Origin: an uncultured cyanobacterium
GTDB taxonomy: Bacteria; Cyanobacteriota; Cyanobacteriia; Cyanobacteriales; Cyanobacteriaceae
Length of the DNA stretch: 64,000 bases
NCBI GenBank assembly: GCA_963749915.1
Contig: CAVVOP010000008.1
Span: 160,001-224,000, forward strand
Direction: 5' to 3'
In this document: in pieces, positions 1 to 10,921 of the stretch
How positions within the stretch are numbered: the stretch's first letter is position 1
How the letters are laid out: every line of letters begins with the position of its first letter
Program-made: the position numbers and the translations under genes
Notes under the pieces: model-generated
What the model was told of the DNA's origin: nothing
Database searches by the model: none
The model's input: the letters and a program-made list of their open reading frames with translations, nothing else

Positions 1-509
1 ATCGGTAAAATTCGCTCTAAAATTACCATTTCTTCAGCTGCCTCTTGATTATTTTTTGCCTGTTTTCTCAATCTCTCTACACGGCGTTCAACCTGAGTTA
101 AATCTGCTAACGCCAACTCTAAATTAATAACCTCAATATCTCTAACAGGATCAACTGAACCAGAAACGTGGATAATATCATCGTCATCAAAACATCTTAC
201 CACATGAACGATGGCATCCACTTCTCGAATATTGGCTAAGAATTGATTACCTAAACCTTCTCCTTTACTAGCACCTTTCACTAAACCTGCAATATCAACA
301 AATTCCATGCGAGTGGGAACGATTTTAGTACATTTAGAGATTTTAGCCAACACATCCAAACGCTCATCAGGCACTGCTACAACTCCCACATTAGGCTCGA
401 TGGTACAAAAAGGGAAATTTGCGGCATCGGCTTTAGCATTGGCTACTACGGCATTAAATAAGGTTGATTTACCCACATTTGGTAATCCGACAATTCCTGC
501 TCTTAACAT
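1..509 (-). CDS. ychF: Redox-regulated ATPase YchF (5' part; runs off window start)
   Basis: Manual minus-strand translation from ATG at 509: [42 protein letters not shown]...[20 protein letters not shown]. Confidence 0.95.
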   Translation of the reverse strand, partial: MLRAGIVGLPNVGKSTLFNAVVANAKADAANFPFCTIEPNVGVVAVPDERLDVLAKISKCTKIVPTRMEFVDIAGLVKGASKGEGLGNQFLANIREVDAIVHVVRCFDDDDIIHVSGSVDPVRDIEVINLELALADLTQVERRVERLRKQAKNNQEAAEEMVILERILP

Positions 510-690
510 ATACTTATATATAACAATTACTCAACACTCTATTATCTGTCATTAATGTAAGATTAATCAACAATGGATAATAGAATTTGCCCTCTACTGC
601 TAATTCTGGGGGAAAATAGGAAAAAATCCCCAATGTGGGAAATTTAAGGGTTAAAAAGCAGAAAAATCAACTAAAAAGAGGTTATTAATC

Positions 691-2439
691 ATGAATCAGG
701 TTAAAGACGTTCAAATAGGCAGTATTGGTTTAGATACAAAGGTTTTTCGTTCTCGCACATGGGACAGATTAAAATTTGAAGTAGAATATGGTTTGAGTCG
801 GGGTACAACTGCTAATTCTTTTATTATTGAGGGGGATAAAATAGCGTTAATTGATCCTCCGGGTGAGTCTTTTACTGATATATTCCTCTCAGCTTTGGAT
901 CAAAGAATTCCATTAAATACCATTGATTATGTTATTTTAGGTCATATTAATCCTAATCGTGCCGTTACCATTAATAAATTATTACAAAAAGCTTCCAATA
1001 TCATTTTGATTACCTCTAATACAGGGGCAAAATCTTTACAAACTATCTTTAATAACAGTTATGCTGAAACCGTTAGTGAAAATCCTTTAAATATTATTTC
1101 AGTTAAAAATGACTATGAATTGGATTTAGGAAAAGGGCATATTTTAGAATTTATTACTACTCCTAATCCTCGTTATCCCGATCAACTTTTAACCTTTGAT
1201 AGCCAAAGTAAAATTTTCTATACTGATAAGTTATTTTCCGCCCATGTTTGTGGCGATCAAATATTAGATGAAGGTTGGAAAATTTACCAAGAAGACAGGC
1301 GTTATTATTTTGATTGTGTCATTGCACCTTATGCTACTCAAGTAATTAAGGCAATGGAAAAAATAGCGCAAAAAAATGCCCATATTTATGCCGTATCCCA
1401 TGGTCCTCTAGTAAGATATGGTTTAACAGAATTAACTAGTTTATATAGTCAATGGTTAGAAGTACAACAAACTCAAACTTTAAACGTCGCCCTTATTTAT
1501 GCCTCTGCCTACGGTAACACCGCCACTTTAGCTAATGCTATTGCTCGTGGTATCACTAAAGCAGGAGTGAGAGTGGAATCCATTAACGCCGAATTTGCCA
1601 CCAGTGACGAAATCAAAACCGCAATTCAACAATGCGATGGCTTTATATTCGGATCTCCTACATTGGGAGGTCATGCACCCACTCAAATTCAAAGTGCTTT
1701 AGGGATAGCTTTAGGCAATGCAGACACTAACAAATTGGCGGGGGTTTTCGGTTCGTTTGGTTGGAGTGGTGAGGCGATCGATCTGCTAGAATCGAAATTC
1801 AAGGATGGGGGTTATCGCTTCGGATTTGACACCATCCGAGTTAAATTTAAACCAACAGAGGCAGTGCTGAAAACCTGTGAAGAAGCAGGTACAGATTTTG
1901 CCCAAGCCTTGAAAAAACGTAAAAAAGCCCTTAAACCCAAAGAATCTGCCGCCGCAAACTCTTTAACTGCACGCACAGAACAAGCTCTAGGTCGTCTAGT
2001 CGGTTCTCTGTGTATTGTCACTACCCAACGACAAGAATTAAAGGGGGCAATGGTGGCTTCATGGGTATCTCAAGCGACTTTTAATCCCCCTGGTTTAACT
2101 GTCGCCGTTGCCAAGGAAAGAGCGATCGAATCTTTGTTACCCATAGGTAGTAATTTCGCCTTAAATATCCTTGAGGAAGGCAAACACATCGAATTAATGA
2201 AACATTTTCTCAAGCCTTTTGCACCGGGGGAGGATCGTTTTGCTAATCTTGATTCTCAAGAAGGGGAAAACGGAAGTCCTATTTTATCTTCTGCGTTAGC
2301 TTATGTCGAGTGTCAAGTCAATAATCGCATCGAATGCGGCGATCATTGGGTATTATATGCCATCGCCGAAAATGGTAAACTTCTATCGGATACAGGTATA
2401 ACTGCCGTACACCACCGTCGATCAGGCACACACTATTAA
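691..2439 (+). CDS. flv1: Flavodiiron protein, Flv1-like (beta-lactamase-like + flavodoxin + flavin reductase)
   Basis: RSRTWDRLKFEVEY..GTTANS, non-canonical GHINPNR iron site, YASAYGNT flavodoxin motif, C-terminal GDHW flavin reductase domain. Confidence 0.85.
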   Translation: MNQVKDVQIGSIGLDTKVFRSRTWDRLKFEVEYGLSRGTTANSFIIEGDKIALIDPPGESFTDIFLSALDQRIPLNTIDYVILGHINPNRAVTINKLLQKASNIILITSNTGAKSLQTIFNNSYAETVSENPLNIISVKNDYELDLGKGHILEFITTPNPRYPDQLLTFDSQSKIFYTDKLFSAHVCGDQILDEGWKIYQEDRRYYFDCVIAPYATQVIKAMEKIAQKNAHIYAVSHGPLVRYGLTELTSLYSQWLEVQQTQTLNVALIYASAYGNTATLANAIARGITKAGVRVESINAEFATSDEIKTAIQQCDGFIFGSPTLGGHAPTQIQSALGIALGNADTNKLAGVFGSFGWSGEAIDLLESKFKDGGYRFGFDTIRVKFKPTEAVLKTCEEAGTDFAQALKKRKKALKPKESAAANSLTARTEQALGRLVGSLCIVTTQRQELKGAMVASWVSQATFNPPGLTVAVAKERAIESLLPIGSNFALNILEEGKHIELMKHFLKPFAPGEDRFANLDSQEGENGSPILSSALAYVECQVNNRIECGDHWVLYAIAENGKLLSDTGITAVHHRRSGTHY

Positions 2440-2484
2440 TTGACCGTTTAAACTGTCGAAATTTTAACCTAAACTCTAGTTATT

Positions 2485-3564
2485 ATGAAATCAGCAATTG
2501 TTGTTGGTTATAGGAATGATGGGATCGCTCAAGCTCAGAGAGAACCTTTTCTTTATTATAAGAAACAATTAAGAAATCATCTTAATTTATCAGTGAAGCA
2601 ATTTAGTGCAGAAACATTTAATGAAATTGATAAAATCTGTCGAACCCATGATTCTGATACAATTTTTTTACTTCCTTCTTGGCGTGAAGGTCTTAGCGAA
2701 CATTTACTAAACATAGCAGAAAATGTCGTTAAACAATTAAAAATAGATTATCCGAGAAGAAAGTTAATTTTTATTGATCCATTTGCCCAAATGAGCACCA
2801 AATATTTTAGATTATTACCTTATGTTGATCATTTTTTAAAACGTCAATGTTATAAAGATTTAGAACTATATAGAAAAACTTTTATTGGTGGATCTTTGTT
2901 TACCGATTTTTTAGCAAAGCATTGGAATTTAGATTTTAGTCAATGGTATGTAGGTTCAGAACTACCAGAAGATTCCATCAATAAAATCATTCCTGGCTGG
3001 AATTTAGGAACAGCAAAAAAATTTAAACAATCTCTTTTAAGGAGGCCCCCATTTGGATTGAATAAACAAAAGAAAAAAATTGATATTTTTTGCCGTCTCT
3101 CTTTAGGTGACACAAGCAAAAAAGAATGGTACACTCAATACCGGATAATGGCTGTAGAAGCTCTAAATCCCCTAGTTTCTGATTATCAAGTTGCCAAAAG
3201 TGGTAGGGATAACAACAATCTAGTTTCTCGTCGTCAATATGATTCTGAAATTAAGAGTAGTCGAATTGTTTTTTCTCCCTTTGGTTGGGGAGAAAATTGC
3301 TGGCGCGATTTTGAGGCAATTTGTTGCGATTCTCTCTTGATTAAGCCATCAATGTCTCACGTTGCTACTAACCCAAATATTTTTATTGATAATGAAACTT
3401 ATGTGCCTGTCAAGTGGGATTTTTCAGATTTAGAAGAGAAATGTCGCTATTATTTAGAGCATTCTGAACAAGCAGATCAGATAATTAGGAATGGGAGGAA
3501 AGTTTATGAAAAGTATTTCCAAGAAGAACAATTTGTGAAAACGATTGAAAACCTTATCGAATAA
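2485..3564 (+). CDS. Glycosyltransferase-like protein (GT-B-type C-terminal domain)
   Basis: SRIVFSPFGWGENCWRDFEAI..LIKP..YVPVKWDFSDLEEK motif. Confidence 0.6.
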   Translation: MKSAIVVGYRNDGIAQAQREPFLYYKKQLRNHLNLSVKQFSAETFNEIDKICRTHDSDTIFLLPSWREGLSEHLLNIAENVVKQLKIDYPRRKLIFIDPFAQMSTKYFRLLPYVDHFLKRQCYKDLELYRKTFIGGSLFTDFLAKHWNLDFSQWYVGSELPEDSINKIIPGWNLGTAKKFKQSLLRRPPFGLNKQKKKIDIFCRLSLGDTSKKEWYTQYRIMAVEALNPLVSDYQVAKSGRDNNNLVSRRQYDSEIKSSRIVFSPFGWGENCWRDFEAICCDSLLIKPSMSHVATNPNIFIDNETYVPVKWDFSDLEEKCRYYLEHSEQADQIIRNGRKVYEKYFQEEQFVKTIENLIE

Positions 3565-3673
3565 TGGTTTACCTATGTTAAATAATCCTGCCAATCCGTT
3601 AATACCTGTAAAACTCTTACCAGAGTCCCAGAAAAGCGTTAGTCATTGCTCATTACGCATTATCAGTAAAATT

Positions 3674-3769
3674 ACAGCACTTTATCTTAAATTTACCAAA
3701 ATTTTTAGGCATTCCAACAAGGTCACAGCACTTTATCTTAAATTTATCAAAATTTTTAGGTATTCCAAC
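3674..3769. repeat. 45-bp direct repeat, two copies, 51-bp period
   Basis: acagcactttatcttaaatttaYcaaaatttttaggYattccaac at 3674-3718 and 3725-3769 (2 mismatches). Confidence 0.9.
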
Positions 3770-3851
3770 GGTAATAATATTTTTTAATTATTGATAACAT
3801 CAATTAATATAAGCTCTGTGATACCTGAAAATATCAAGATAATCGGCGGAG

Positions 3852-4043
3852 TTGATCGTTATGGGGTTAATCGTCATGGGCAAGATCATTATTTGGATAT
3901 CAGTAGAAATAATTTTTAACTTTGTTGGTATAGATGACTTGATAGATTGTGCCGAATTTGTATTTGGAGAACATCTAAAACATCTGGAAGCTTGTAATCC
4001 AAGAGTAGTTCTAGTTAATACTTATGATTATAAATTAGCTTAA
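3852..4043 (+). CDS. Small hypothetical membrane protein
   Basis: Hydrophobic N-terminus plus EIIFNFVGIDDLIDCAEFVF segment resembling small cyanobacterial proteins. Confidence 0.45.
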   Translation: MIVMGLIVMGKIIIWISVEIIFNFVGIDDLIDCAEFVFGEHLKHLEACNPRVVLVNTYDYKLA

Positions 4044-4271
4044 TCCACTAAAAATCTCCCACTTGTGCCAGAATTCGATCAAGAAAACTTTCTGTTTCAA
4101 CTCCCCCCCCTCAAGTTTTTATCTATGGTCAAAGATCCTTAATTCAACGGAAAATTTACACCCGGCAATTTTTTCGAGGATAAAAGTAGTTGAAGTAACA
4201 TTATCCCTGTTATACTCTATCAAATTAGAAAAAACTTATTTGATCTTCTTTAAAACTAAATACAAAGTACT

Positions 4272-5066
4272 ATGGTTCAATCTAATGAAGAAGGTTTCAA
4301 CTCTAACACTGAAACCATCGAGATTCAACAAACTAAACTTAATCAGAAAGTCGATAAAATAGGCATTTTTGGCCTTAATATGTTGCGATCGCTCGGTTTA
4401 TGGCGATTAGTCGGTTATGCTTTCTTAATCTTATTTATTCTAGATTTAGCGGAAATATTGATCCCCCCTCAATTTCTTAATCCAGAATGGGAATTTCAGG
4501 TATTTGGCAACATTGTCGAAAGAATAGCAATTCCCTTTATTGCCTTAATATTAATCTTTTACGGGGGCAACTATCTACGCAAAGGATGGGAATTTATTGT
4601 GTTAACAAGCCTATCATGGCTTAGTTTATCAGTGGGGATATTATTTCTCTTATCCGTGCCTTTGGGGATAGTAAATACTATCCGCATTGATAATTTAAGG
4701 GACACTAGAATTACAGAAGGGACTACACAAAGACTAGAAGTTTTACAAAAAGTGGAAACCAGACTAAAAGATGTACAAAATAAACAGGATATGCAAGTCC
4801 TAATTAATCAACTTAATAGTGGAAATGCACCTGTTATCGAAAATGATCAACAATTAGCACAAGTCAAGACTAACTTAACAGAATTTATCAAAAATTCCCG
4901 TGATCGACTAAATAATCAAGCCGAGAATGCTCGTAAACAGGGCAGAAAATCTTTGTTAAAAAGTTCTGTAAAATGGAATTTAGGTGCCTTAATATCTGGC
5001 ATTTTATTTATTATGATATGGCAAATGACTAAATGGGCGAGAGTAAAGGAAAAAACTAGCAATTAA
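4272..5066 (+). CDS. HpsJ-like membrane protein
   Basis: LIPPQFLNPEWEFQVFGNIVER motif, 4 TM segments with a coiled-coil loop. Confidence 0.7.
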   Translation: MVQSNEEGFNSNTETIEIQQTKLNQKVDKIGIFGLNMLRSLGLWRLVGYAFLILFILDLAEILIPPQFLNPEWEFQVFGNIVERIAIPFIALILIFYGGNYLRKGWEFIVLTSLSWLSLSVGILFLLSVPLGIVNTIRIDNLRDTRITEGTTQRLEVLQKVETRLKDVQNKQDMQVLINQLNSGNAPVIENDQQLAQVKTNLTEFIKNSRDRLNNQAENARKQGRKSLLKSSVKWNLGALISGILFIMIWQMTKWARVKEKTSN

Positions 5067-5084
5067 TTTGAGGAATCTTGAGAA

Positions 5085-7571
5085 TTATTTATTATCCATG
5101 GTTTTGAAGCCGAATTTGACCTTTAGGTTTTGATCGACTTCGGCTATTTTGCTAATATCAATTCCTTTATTCTTTGCTTCTTTTAAGGCTTTTTTGTCTG
5201 CTGTATAATTCACTTTTTCCGTGCGATATTCTGGGGGTAATTCTTCAGGTTTTACCTTAATATTTATCCGAGGATACTCCCTAAATATTAAACTTCTTTC
5301 TTTTCCTTCCTCTTTTTTGCTTAAGATTTTTTGTTGATATAAATTTAATAATCTTTTTTGTAATAACTCCTGTCCTTTTTTTAATTCTTCTACTTGATTT
5401 TGCAACATTTCGTTAACTTTTTTCTGCCTGGCATTAGCACTAGTGATGGCTAATTCATATTGATCATTTATCCACGCAAAACCATCTATATCGGTATCTA
5501 ATTTTGCCAATAAAGAGATAATTTTTTCCTCATCATCATTGTCCATTAATTGTTGCCAAATTTGAGCCGCTTTTTCATGATAATTTTGATGTAAGGAAAT
5601 GACAATATTATCGATTTTTTCCTCTTGATTGTGACCAATTTGTTCACCAATTTTTTCTAAGGATTCATGATAGTTTAGATTAGATAAATTCTGATTTTGT
5701 TCTAAATTATTATTAACCCAATTTTCCTTAAATTTGCGTAAATATTCTTGATAAAGGTTTAAGATATTGACCGATGATTCCATTTTTCTTTGTCGATAAA
5801 TTTGTCTTAATTCTCCCAATAATGCCCAGCGATGATCGAGATCCAAACTTAACTCTAAAAACTGCTTAAATTGTCGATAAAATCGGCTTAAACGCTCATC
5901 TAAAATATTTTTCGAGACATTTGATGTATTTTCTAAAATGATTTTTACTTGCTCTAAATTAGTTTCTCCTTGTAAATAATTAATGATTTCTTGGGCAAAA
6001 GCTATGGCAACTTTTTCCACAGATAAAAAATGATTATGAGGTAAAAAAACTGGAAAAGCGAGAGAATTAAAACCGCTACTATCCGCTAAAGTTAGACAGC
6101 GATTAATGATGGTTTTAACTAAGTTTAAGTCCGTTAATTCTGGATTTTGATATTCATAAATAATACTATGAAAAATCGCTTCTATTTTTAATTTTCCTCC
6201 CCTGGTAGTTAAAATTTGTCCTAATTGTTTTATTTTCCTTTTTTCTAACTCTTTACTGATACTTTTACCACCCTTAGTGAGCAAAATTCTGGCAATATCT
6301 TCACTCATGGACAAATCTATGTCAGTATAGTTAACTAAAACCTCAACATTACAATTAATCAAGGAATTATATTCAAGGATAAGTTGAGTATTAGCGATGG
6401 TAGTTTCCCAGACGAGATTAGTAAAATTTTCGGGAGTTTTAGGGGAAATAACAGGAGGGGGAGGATTAAAATCTAAACCTTGTAAATTTTGCCAAGTTAA
6501 GGGTAAACTGGCAGGATTTTGACAGATAATAGGCAACCAAGTAGCACAAGGAAATTGAGTTTCAAGGGGTTGCAACTTTTCTCTGGCTTGTCTGACAGCT
6601 AAATATAAAGGTTGATTATCAGCAAAACTTTGTAAAAATTCCTTGATAAAAACGTGGGCAACGGTATCAGGTATCATTTCTCCCATGACTATAATTTGGG
6701 ATAGGTGTAAAGCGACTAAATCTTGTGCTAATCCTAGGCCATCACAGGAGTTAAAAATAGCCAATTTTAAACCTTTTTGAATCGCCTGTTTTAAGGCATT
6801 CTTAAATTCTTCAATGGTGATAATATCTTCTTCATTTAGATATAATTTACCTTGCCATGTTTCTTCGTTTTTACCACTATGCCCCGCAAAAAAAAGTACG
6901 TCCCATTGTTGTTCATAAAGATGGTAAAATAATTCTTTGGGACTAGGATTAGTTAAAGTAATTATTTCCGCTTTTTGTAAATTACTTAAAGCTTCCTGAT
7001 CGGGTTTTAAATTGATGCCTTGACTATTGCCAAAAACTGCTAAAATTTTAATGTGAGAGCTTTGTTTTATGGTTAAATTTAAAGTGGTATACTCCACAGG
7101 AGCGATAGCTAATTCCGCCTTATTATATAGATTAAGAAAGGAATCAAAAAATAAATGCCAAGGTAAAAAATGCAACTCTTTAATATTAGTCTGAATCAAA
7201 AGTCTAATAGATTCTTGAGTGTTTAATTCTCTTAATAATGTTTCCCTAATTTTACCGAAAGATTCGGTTTCACAGTGATACCAATTTCTTAAAGTTTCCT
7301 TGAGTTGAGAGGCGGAGATTTGACAATGATTAGTAACGTGAGTAATCTGTTGTTTGGGGGATCCTAATCTTACTTTTTGATGTAAACTGCGATAACTTTC
7401 CCGCCATTGTTGATAATGTTGGGTGATAGGTTTACAGGGGGGAAGTTTTCCGGTGATGGTCGTAAAAGGATGAGTAATACCATCGGGATTATCTTCACAA
7501 ATTTGTAAACTGACATCAAAACCATTAAGGAAACTGCCCGATTCTAGTTTGAAAAGAATTAATTTACCCAT
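5085..7571 (-). CDS. CHAT (caspase-like) domain + degenerate Macro domain + Gp157-like C-terminal domain fusion
   Basis: FFAGHSG and FNSCDG dyad motifs; Macro-like VEVLVNYTD..TRGGKLKIEAIFH..SLAFP; C-terminal ELPPEYR..YTADKKALKEA. Start likely MGKLILFKL at 7571 (ORF track start 7622). Confidence 0.8.
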   Translation of the reverse strand: MGKLILFKLESGSFLNGFDVSLQICEDNPDGITHPFTTITGKLPPCKPITQHYQQWRESYRSLHQKVRLGSPKQQITHVTNHCQISASQLKETLRNWYHCETESFGKIRETLLRELNTQESIRLLIQTNIKELHFLPWHLFFDSFLNLYNKAELAIAPVEYTTLNLTIKQSSHIKILAVFGNSQGINLKPDQEALSNLQKAEIITLTNPSPKELFYHLYEQQWDVLFFAGHSGKNEETWQGKLYLNEEDIITIEEFKNALKQAIQKGLKLAIFNSCDGLGLAQDLVALHLSQIIVMGEMIPDTVAHVFIKEFLQSFADNQPLYLAVRQAREKLQPLETQFPCATWLPIICQNPASLPLTWQNLQGLDFNPPPPVISPKTPENFTNLVWETTIANTQLILEYNSLINCNVEVLVNYTDIDLSMSEDIARILLTKGGKSISKELEKRKIKQLGQILTTRGGKLKIEAIFHSIIYEYQNPELTDLNLVKTIINRCLTLADSSGFNSLAFPVFLPHNHFLSVEKVAIAFAQEIINYLQGETNLEQVKIILENTSNVSKNILDERLSRFYRQFKQFLELSLDLDHRWALLGELRQIYRQRKMESSVNILNLYQEYLRKFKENWVNNNLEQNQNLSNLNYHESLEKIGEQIGHNQEEKIDNIVISLHQNYHEKAAQIWQQLMDNDDEEKIISLLAKLDTDIDGFAWINDQYELAITSANARQKKVNEMLQNQVEELKKGQELLQKRLLNLYQQKILSKKEEGKERSLIFREYPRINIKVKPEELPPEYRTEKVNYTADKKALKEAKNKGIDISKIAEVDQNLKVKFGFKTMDNK

Positions 7572-7663
7572 ATTTGACAATGAACAGTGAACAATTAATA
7601 AAGACAAAAAGCAATGGATCATAAATAATCAATAGTTGTCAATTATCAATTGTTATTAGTCAT

Positions 7664-8317
7664 TTATGGTAGCAACAAATCTGCACCTCCGGGGGTTGGT
7701 AACACAAAAACAGGAGAAGAATTATTAGGAGTGGGAGTTTCTTTGGGTTTTTCTTGAGGGTTATTTTCGGCATTAGGGTTATAAATACTTACCAACACAT
7801 TGACTAATTCATTTCGTTGTTGCATAGTCAAATTTTCGATGATTTTACGATCGCCACTCAAGGGATTTTGTGTTAAAGTGCTAAAACCCGGATAACGTTC
7901 ATCATTGATAATTTCATTTTTACCGAGATAATCGGCCAAACTTAACTTCCAATCTAAACGAAAAGTCGTAGGTCTTGCTTTAATATATTGATGGTATCGA
8001 ACAATGCGACTAACTAAAGTATTCTCGATAGCTCTTTGATTAGTTTCTTGACTGGTATAATTATTTTCCACAGGAAAGTCAGGTATTTGTTGATAGACTT
8101 CCGCCGCCACTTTTTCAGGGATGATAGTTTGGGCAAAAACAACGGGAGAGTAGGAATAATTTTCCCCGAATAATTGCCCTTGTGGAAAGTTTAGATATTG
8201 ACCAAGATAACTAATAGTAAGGGTGGTAAGTAAAAAAACGGAGTATTTTAAACCTTTAACTCGCCATAATCTGCTTATGTTAGTCATCGCTGATAATTTC
8301 TGGTTGCGTAAGTTCAT
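7664..8317 (-). CDS. Conserved cyanobacterial hypothetical exported protein
   Basis: N-terminal hydrophobic segment, [15 protein letters not shown]-terminal PGGADLLLP; start may be 8287. Confidence 0.7.
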   Translation of the reverse strand: MNLRNQKLSAMTNISRLWRVKGLKYSVFLLTTLTISYLGQYLNFPQGQLFGENYSYSPVVFAQTIIPEKVAAEVYQQIPDFPVENNYTSQETNQRAIENTLVSRIVRYHQYIKARPTTFRLDWKLSLADYLGKNEIINDERYPGFSTLTQNPLSGDRKIIENLTMQQRNELVNVLVSIYNPNAENNPQEKPKETPTPNNSSPVFVLPTPGGADLLLP

Positions 8318-8507
8318 CGGACATTTCTATAATAGCTCTGAGTACTGGTTTCATCACCTCTTCTATATTCTCAAAGTCTTCTTTTCTTCTTTGTTTCGCC
8401 CTTTTGGCAACGGCCACAGTTATTTTATAACGATTTGATGCCGCATCCATTAATTCATCACTGCGAAACATTATTTGACTGGAATCAAAGCTATTTTTTT
8501 TGAGCAT
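8280..8507 (-). CDS. rpoZ: RNA polymerase omega subunit
   Basis: [40 protein letters not shown]. Confidence 0.95.
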   Translation of the reverse strand: MLKKNSFDSSQIMFRSDELMDAASNRYKITVAVAKRAKQRRKEDFENIEEVMKPVLRAIIEMSDELTQPEIISDD

Positions 8508-8634
8508 TCTTATTTTCTCATCAGGTTTTGGTGTTTAATTATACCCTACTCTCAATCCTCACGCAAAATCTCTAAAAGTAAGATAATGGGAATAGTGTAT
8601 ATTAATTATCAATTATCAATTATCAATTGTTAAG

Positions 8635-9969
8635 ATGGCATCTAAATCTCCGGCTTCTTCCTTATATTCTTTAGCTCGTAATAGTCTGCAACAGTCAATC
8701 ACGTGGTATTCTAGTAATCGTCGTTATTGGAATTACCCCCCAAACGGGGAGTTACAAGTAGCGGTAAGGGATGATTTAAGAATATTAAAAGCGGCGGCGG
8801 AAAAATTAGAGAAACAAATGATTAAAATAGCGGCTTTTGGCTTAGTAAGTCGGGGAAAATCCTCAGTTATTAATGCTTTATTAGGGCAAAAAGTTTTAAC
8901 TACTGGCCCTATCAATGGGGTTACAAAATGGCCTCAGTCGATACGTTGGAATCCCCCGACAGGTAAAATACAAATTGAGTTAATCGATACTCCCGGATTA
9001 GACGAAATTGACGGCGAAACAAGGGCAAATATGGCTAGAGAAATTAGTCAACAATCGGATTTAATTTTATTTATCATCGCTGGGGATATTACCCGCACAG
9101 AATATTTAGCATTATTAGAATTGCGTCAATGGCAAAAACCCCTTATTTTGGTCTTTAACAAAATTGATTTATATCCCGAAACTGACTTAAATTCCATTTA
9201 TCAACAGCTACAACAATTGAGTAATGAGACCAAAAAACCTCTTTTCGCTCCTGATGAAATTGTTATGATTTCTGCTGAACCTCAACCAGTTTTTTTAAGA
9301 ATAGAATTAGCCGATGGTAGAATTAAAGAAGAATGGGAATATCCGCCCCCAAATATGGAGTCTTTACAAGAGAAAATATTAACGATTCTTAACCGAGAAG
9401 GGAAAGCGTTATTAGCCTTAAATTCCCTGACTCAGGCAAAAATTGCTCAAAAAAATATTGCCCGTAAAACTATTGAAATTAGAAGTAAAGAAGCAGAAGA
9501 TCTTATCTGGCGATATGCTAAATATAAAGCCTTAATTGTAGCAGTAAATCCCATCGCAATTCTTGACATAATAGGGGGACTAATCACAGATTTAACCATG
9601 ATTCGTGCCTTAGCCAGATTATACGGCTTACCCATTACCAGTTATGAAGCCGGAAATTTGTGGCAAACTATTGTTAAAAGTTTGGGAGGATTATTATTAG
9701 CAGAAATTGGGACAATGATGATGTTAGGATGGACAAAAACTAGTGCTGCCATTACCAGTTTATGGGAAAATCCCAGTAGTTTTACTACTTTAGCAACGAC
9801 AGCCTTAGCACAAGGCTCAATGGCAGGTTATGGTTCATATTTGGTAGGAAAAACCGCTCAAATTTACTTAGAAAATGGTTGCACATGGGGCAATTGTGGA
9901 GTTGACACAATCATCGCCGAAATTATCGCCCAAATGCCTCCAGATTCTATTGTTTCTCGTCTTAGTTAA
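8635..9969 (+). CDS. Era-like GTP-binding protein with DUF697 domain
   Basis: GLVSRGKSS, DTPG, NKID GTPase motifs; hydrophobic C-terminal DUF697-like region. Confidence 0.85.
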   Translation: MASKSPASSLYSLARNSLQQSITWYSSNRRYWNYPPNGELQVAVRDDLRILKAAAEKLEKQMIKIAAFGLVSRGKSSVINALLGQKVLTTGPINGVTKWPQSIRWNPPTGKIQIELIDTPGLDEIDGETRANMAREISQQSDLILFIIAGDITRTEYLALLELRQWQKPLILVFNKIDLYPETDLNSIYQQLQQLSNETKKPLFAPDEIVMISAEPQPVFLRIELADGRIKEEWEYPPPNMESLQEKILTILNREGKALLALNSLTQAKIAQKNIARKTIEIRSKEAEDLIWRYAKYKALIVAVNPIAILDIIGGLITDLTMIRALARLYGLPITSYEAGNLWQTIVKSLGGLLLAEIGTMMMLGWTKTSAAITSLWENPSSFTTLATTALAQGSMAGYGSYLVGKTAQIYLENGCTWGNCGVDTIIAEIIAQMPPDSIVSRLS

Positions 9970-10010
9970 TAGTATTTGATCCTCCTAAATCTCCCTTAAT
10001 AAGGTGAACA

Positions 10011-10883
10011 TTGTTAATGATTGCTAACAAGATATATTTCAAAAGAAATAATAATTTTAAATCCCTCTCTAATATATTAATGTTGGTGGGATTTTCTCTG
10101 ACTATTATCTTTATTTTTCTCGCTTTTTCCGCTCCATTATTACAGAATATAGGCTTAATTCAGAACCCTTTAGAATCTTTAAAAAACCCCATTAATCAAG
10201 CTCCAAATTTTCAATATTTTTTCGGAACCAGTGGTCAAGGTTATGACGTTTTTTCTCGCACAATTTTTGGTTCTCAAGCGGCCTTAAAAGTGGTTTTATT
10301 AGCAACCTCTTTTAGCTTAATTATCGGTGTGCCACTGGGGTTAATTAGCGGTTATTTTGGGAGAAAAACTGACAAAATTTTACTATTTTTAATGGATACG
10401 ATTTACACCTTACCAGGGTTATTATTGTCCGTTACATTAGCATTTGTGGTCGGTAGAGGAGTTATTAACGCCGCCTTAGCCTTATCAATTTCCTATATAC
10501 CTCAATATTATCGAGTCGTTAGAAACCATACCACTAGCGTCAAAACTGAATTATATATTGAAGCCGCTAAAGCAATGGGCGCTTCACCGACGAGAATTTT
10601 ATCCAAATATTTGTTTTTCAATGTCATTCAAAGTGTGCCTGTTTTATTTACTCTTAATGCCGCCGATGCCATTTTAATTTTAGGGGGTTTAGGATTTTTA
10701 GGATTAGGATTACCTGAAGATGTGCCAGAATGGGGACATGACTTAAAACTGGCCTTAGATGCTTTGCCAACGGGTATTTGGTGGACGGCATTATTTCCAG
10801 GTTTGGCCATGACTACAATGGTGACTGGTTTATCTTTATTAGGTGAGGGGTTGAGTGAGTGGTTTAATCCACGGAATAAGTAG
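10011..10883 (+). CDS. Peptide ABC transporter permease (DppC/OppC-like)
   Basis: FGTSGQGYDVFSR, EAAKAMGAS (EAA loop), GFLGLGLP..PEWG. Confidence 0.9.
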   Translation: MLMIANKIYFKRNNNFKSLSNILMLVGFSLTIIFIFLAFSAPLLQNIGLIQNPLESLKNPINQAPNFQYFFGTSGQGYDVFSRTIFGSQAALKVVLLATSFSLIIGVPLGLISGYFGRKTDKILLFLMDTIYTLPGLLLSVTLAFVVGRGVINAALALSISYIPQYYRVVRNHTTSVKTELYIEAAKAMGASPTRILSKYLFFNVIQSVPVLFTLNAADAILILGGLGFLGLGLPEDVPEWGHDLKLALDALPTGIWWTALFPGLAMTTMVTGLSLLGEGLSEWFNPRNK

Positions 10884-10921
10884 TAAATTCAATAAATTAG
10901 TTATCTAAGTCTGAAATAATT

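Noticed and set aside
307..555. 82-aa plus-strand ORF
   Set aside because: Antisense shadow of ychF
3674..3769. Possible mini-CRISPR
   Set aside because: Only two copies separated by 6 bp; no spacer-sized gap and no cas genes
3545..3787. 80-aa ORF with internal peptide repeat
   Set aside because: The repeat comes from the 51-bp DNA duplication; TTG start overlaps the upstream gene; no protein-like features
4063..4362. 99-aa ORF
   Set aside because: Overlaps the hpsJ-like gene out of frame; no recognisable motif
8603..8628. Heptamer tandem repeats (also ~7625-7660, 14066-14095, 48488-48511)
   Set aside because: Ordinary cyanobacterial STRR-like intergenic repeats
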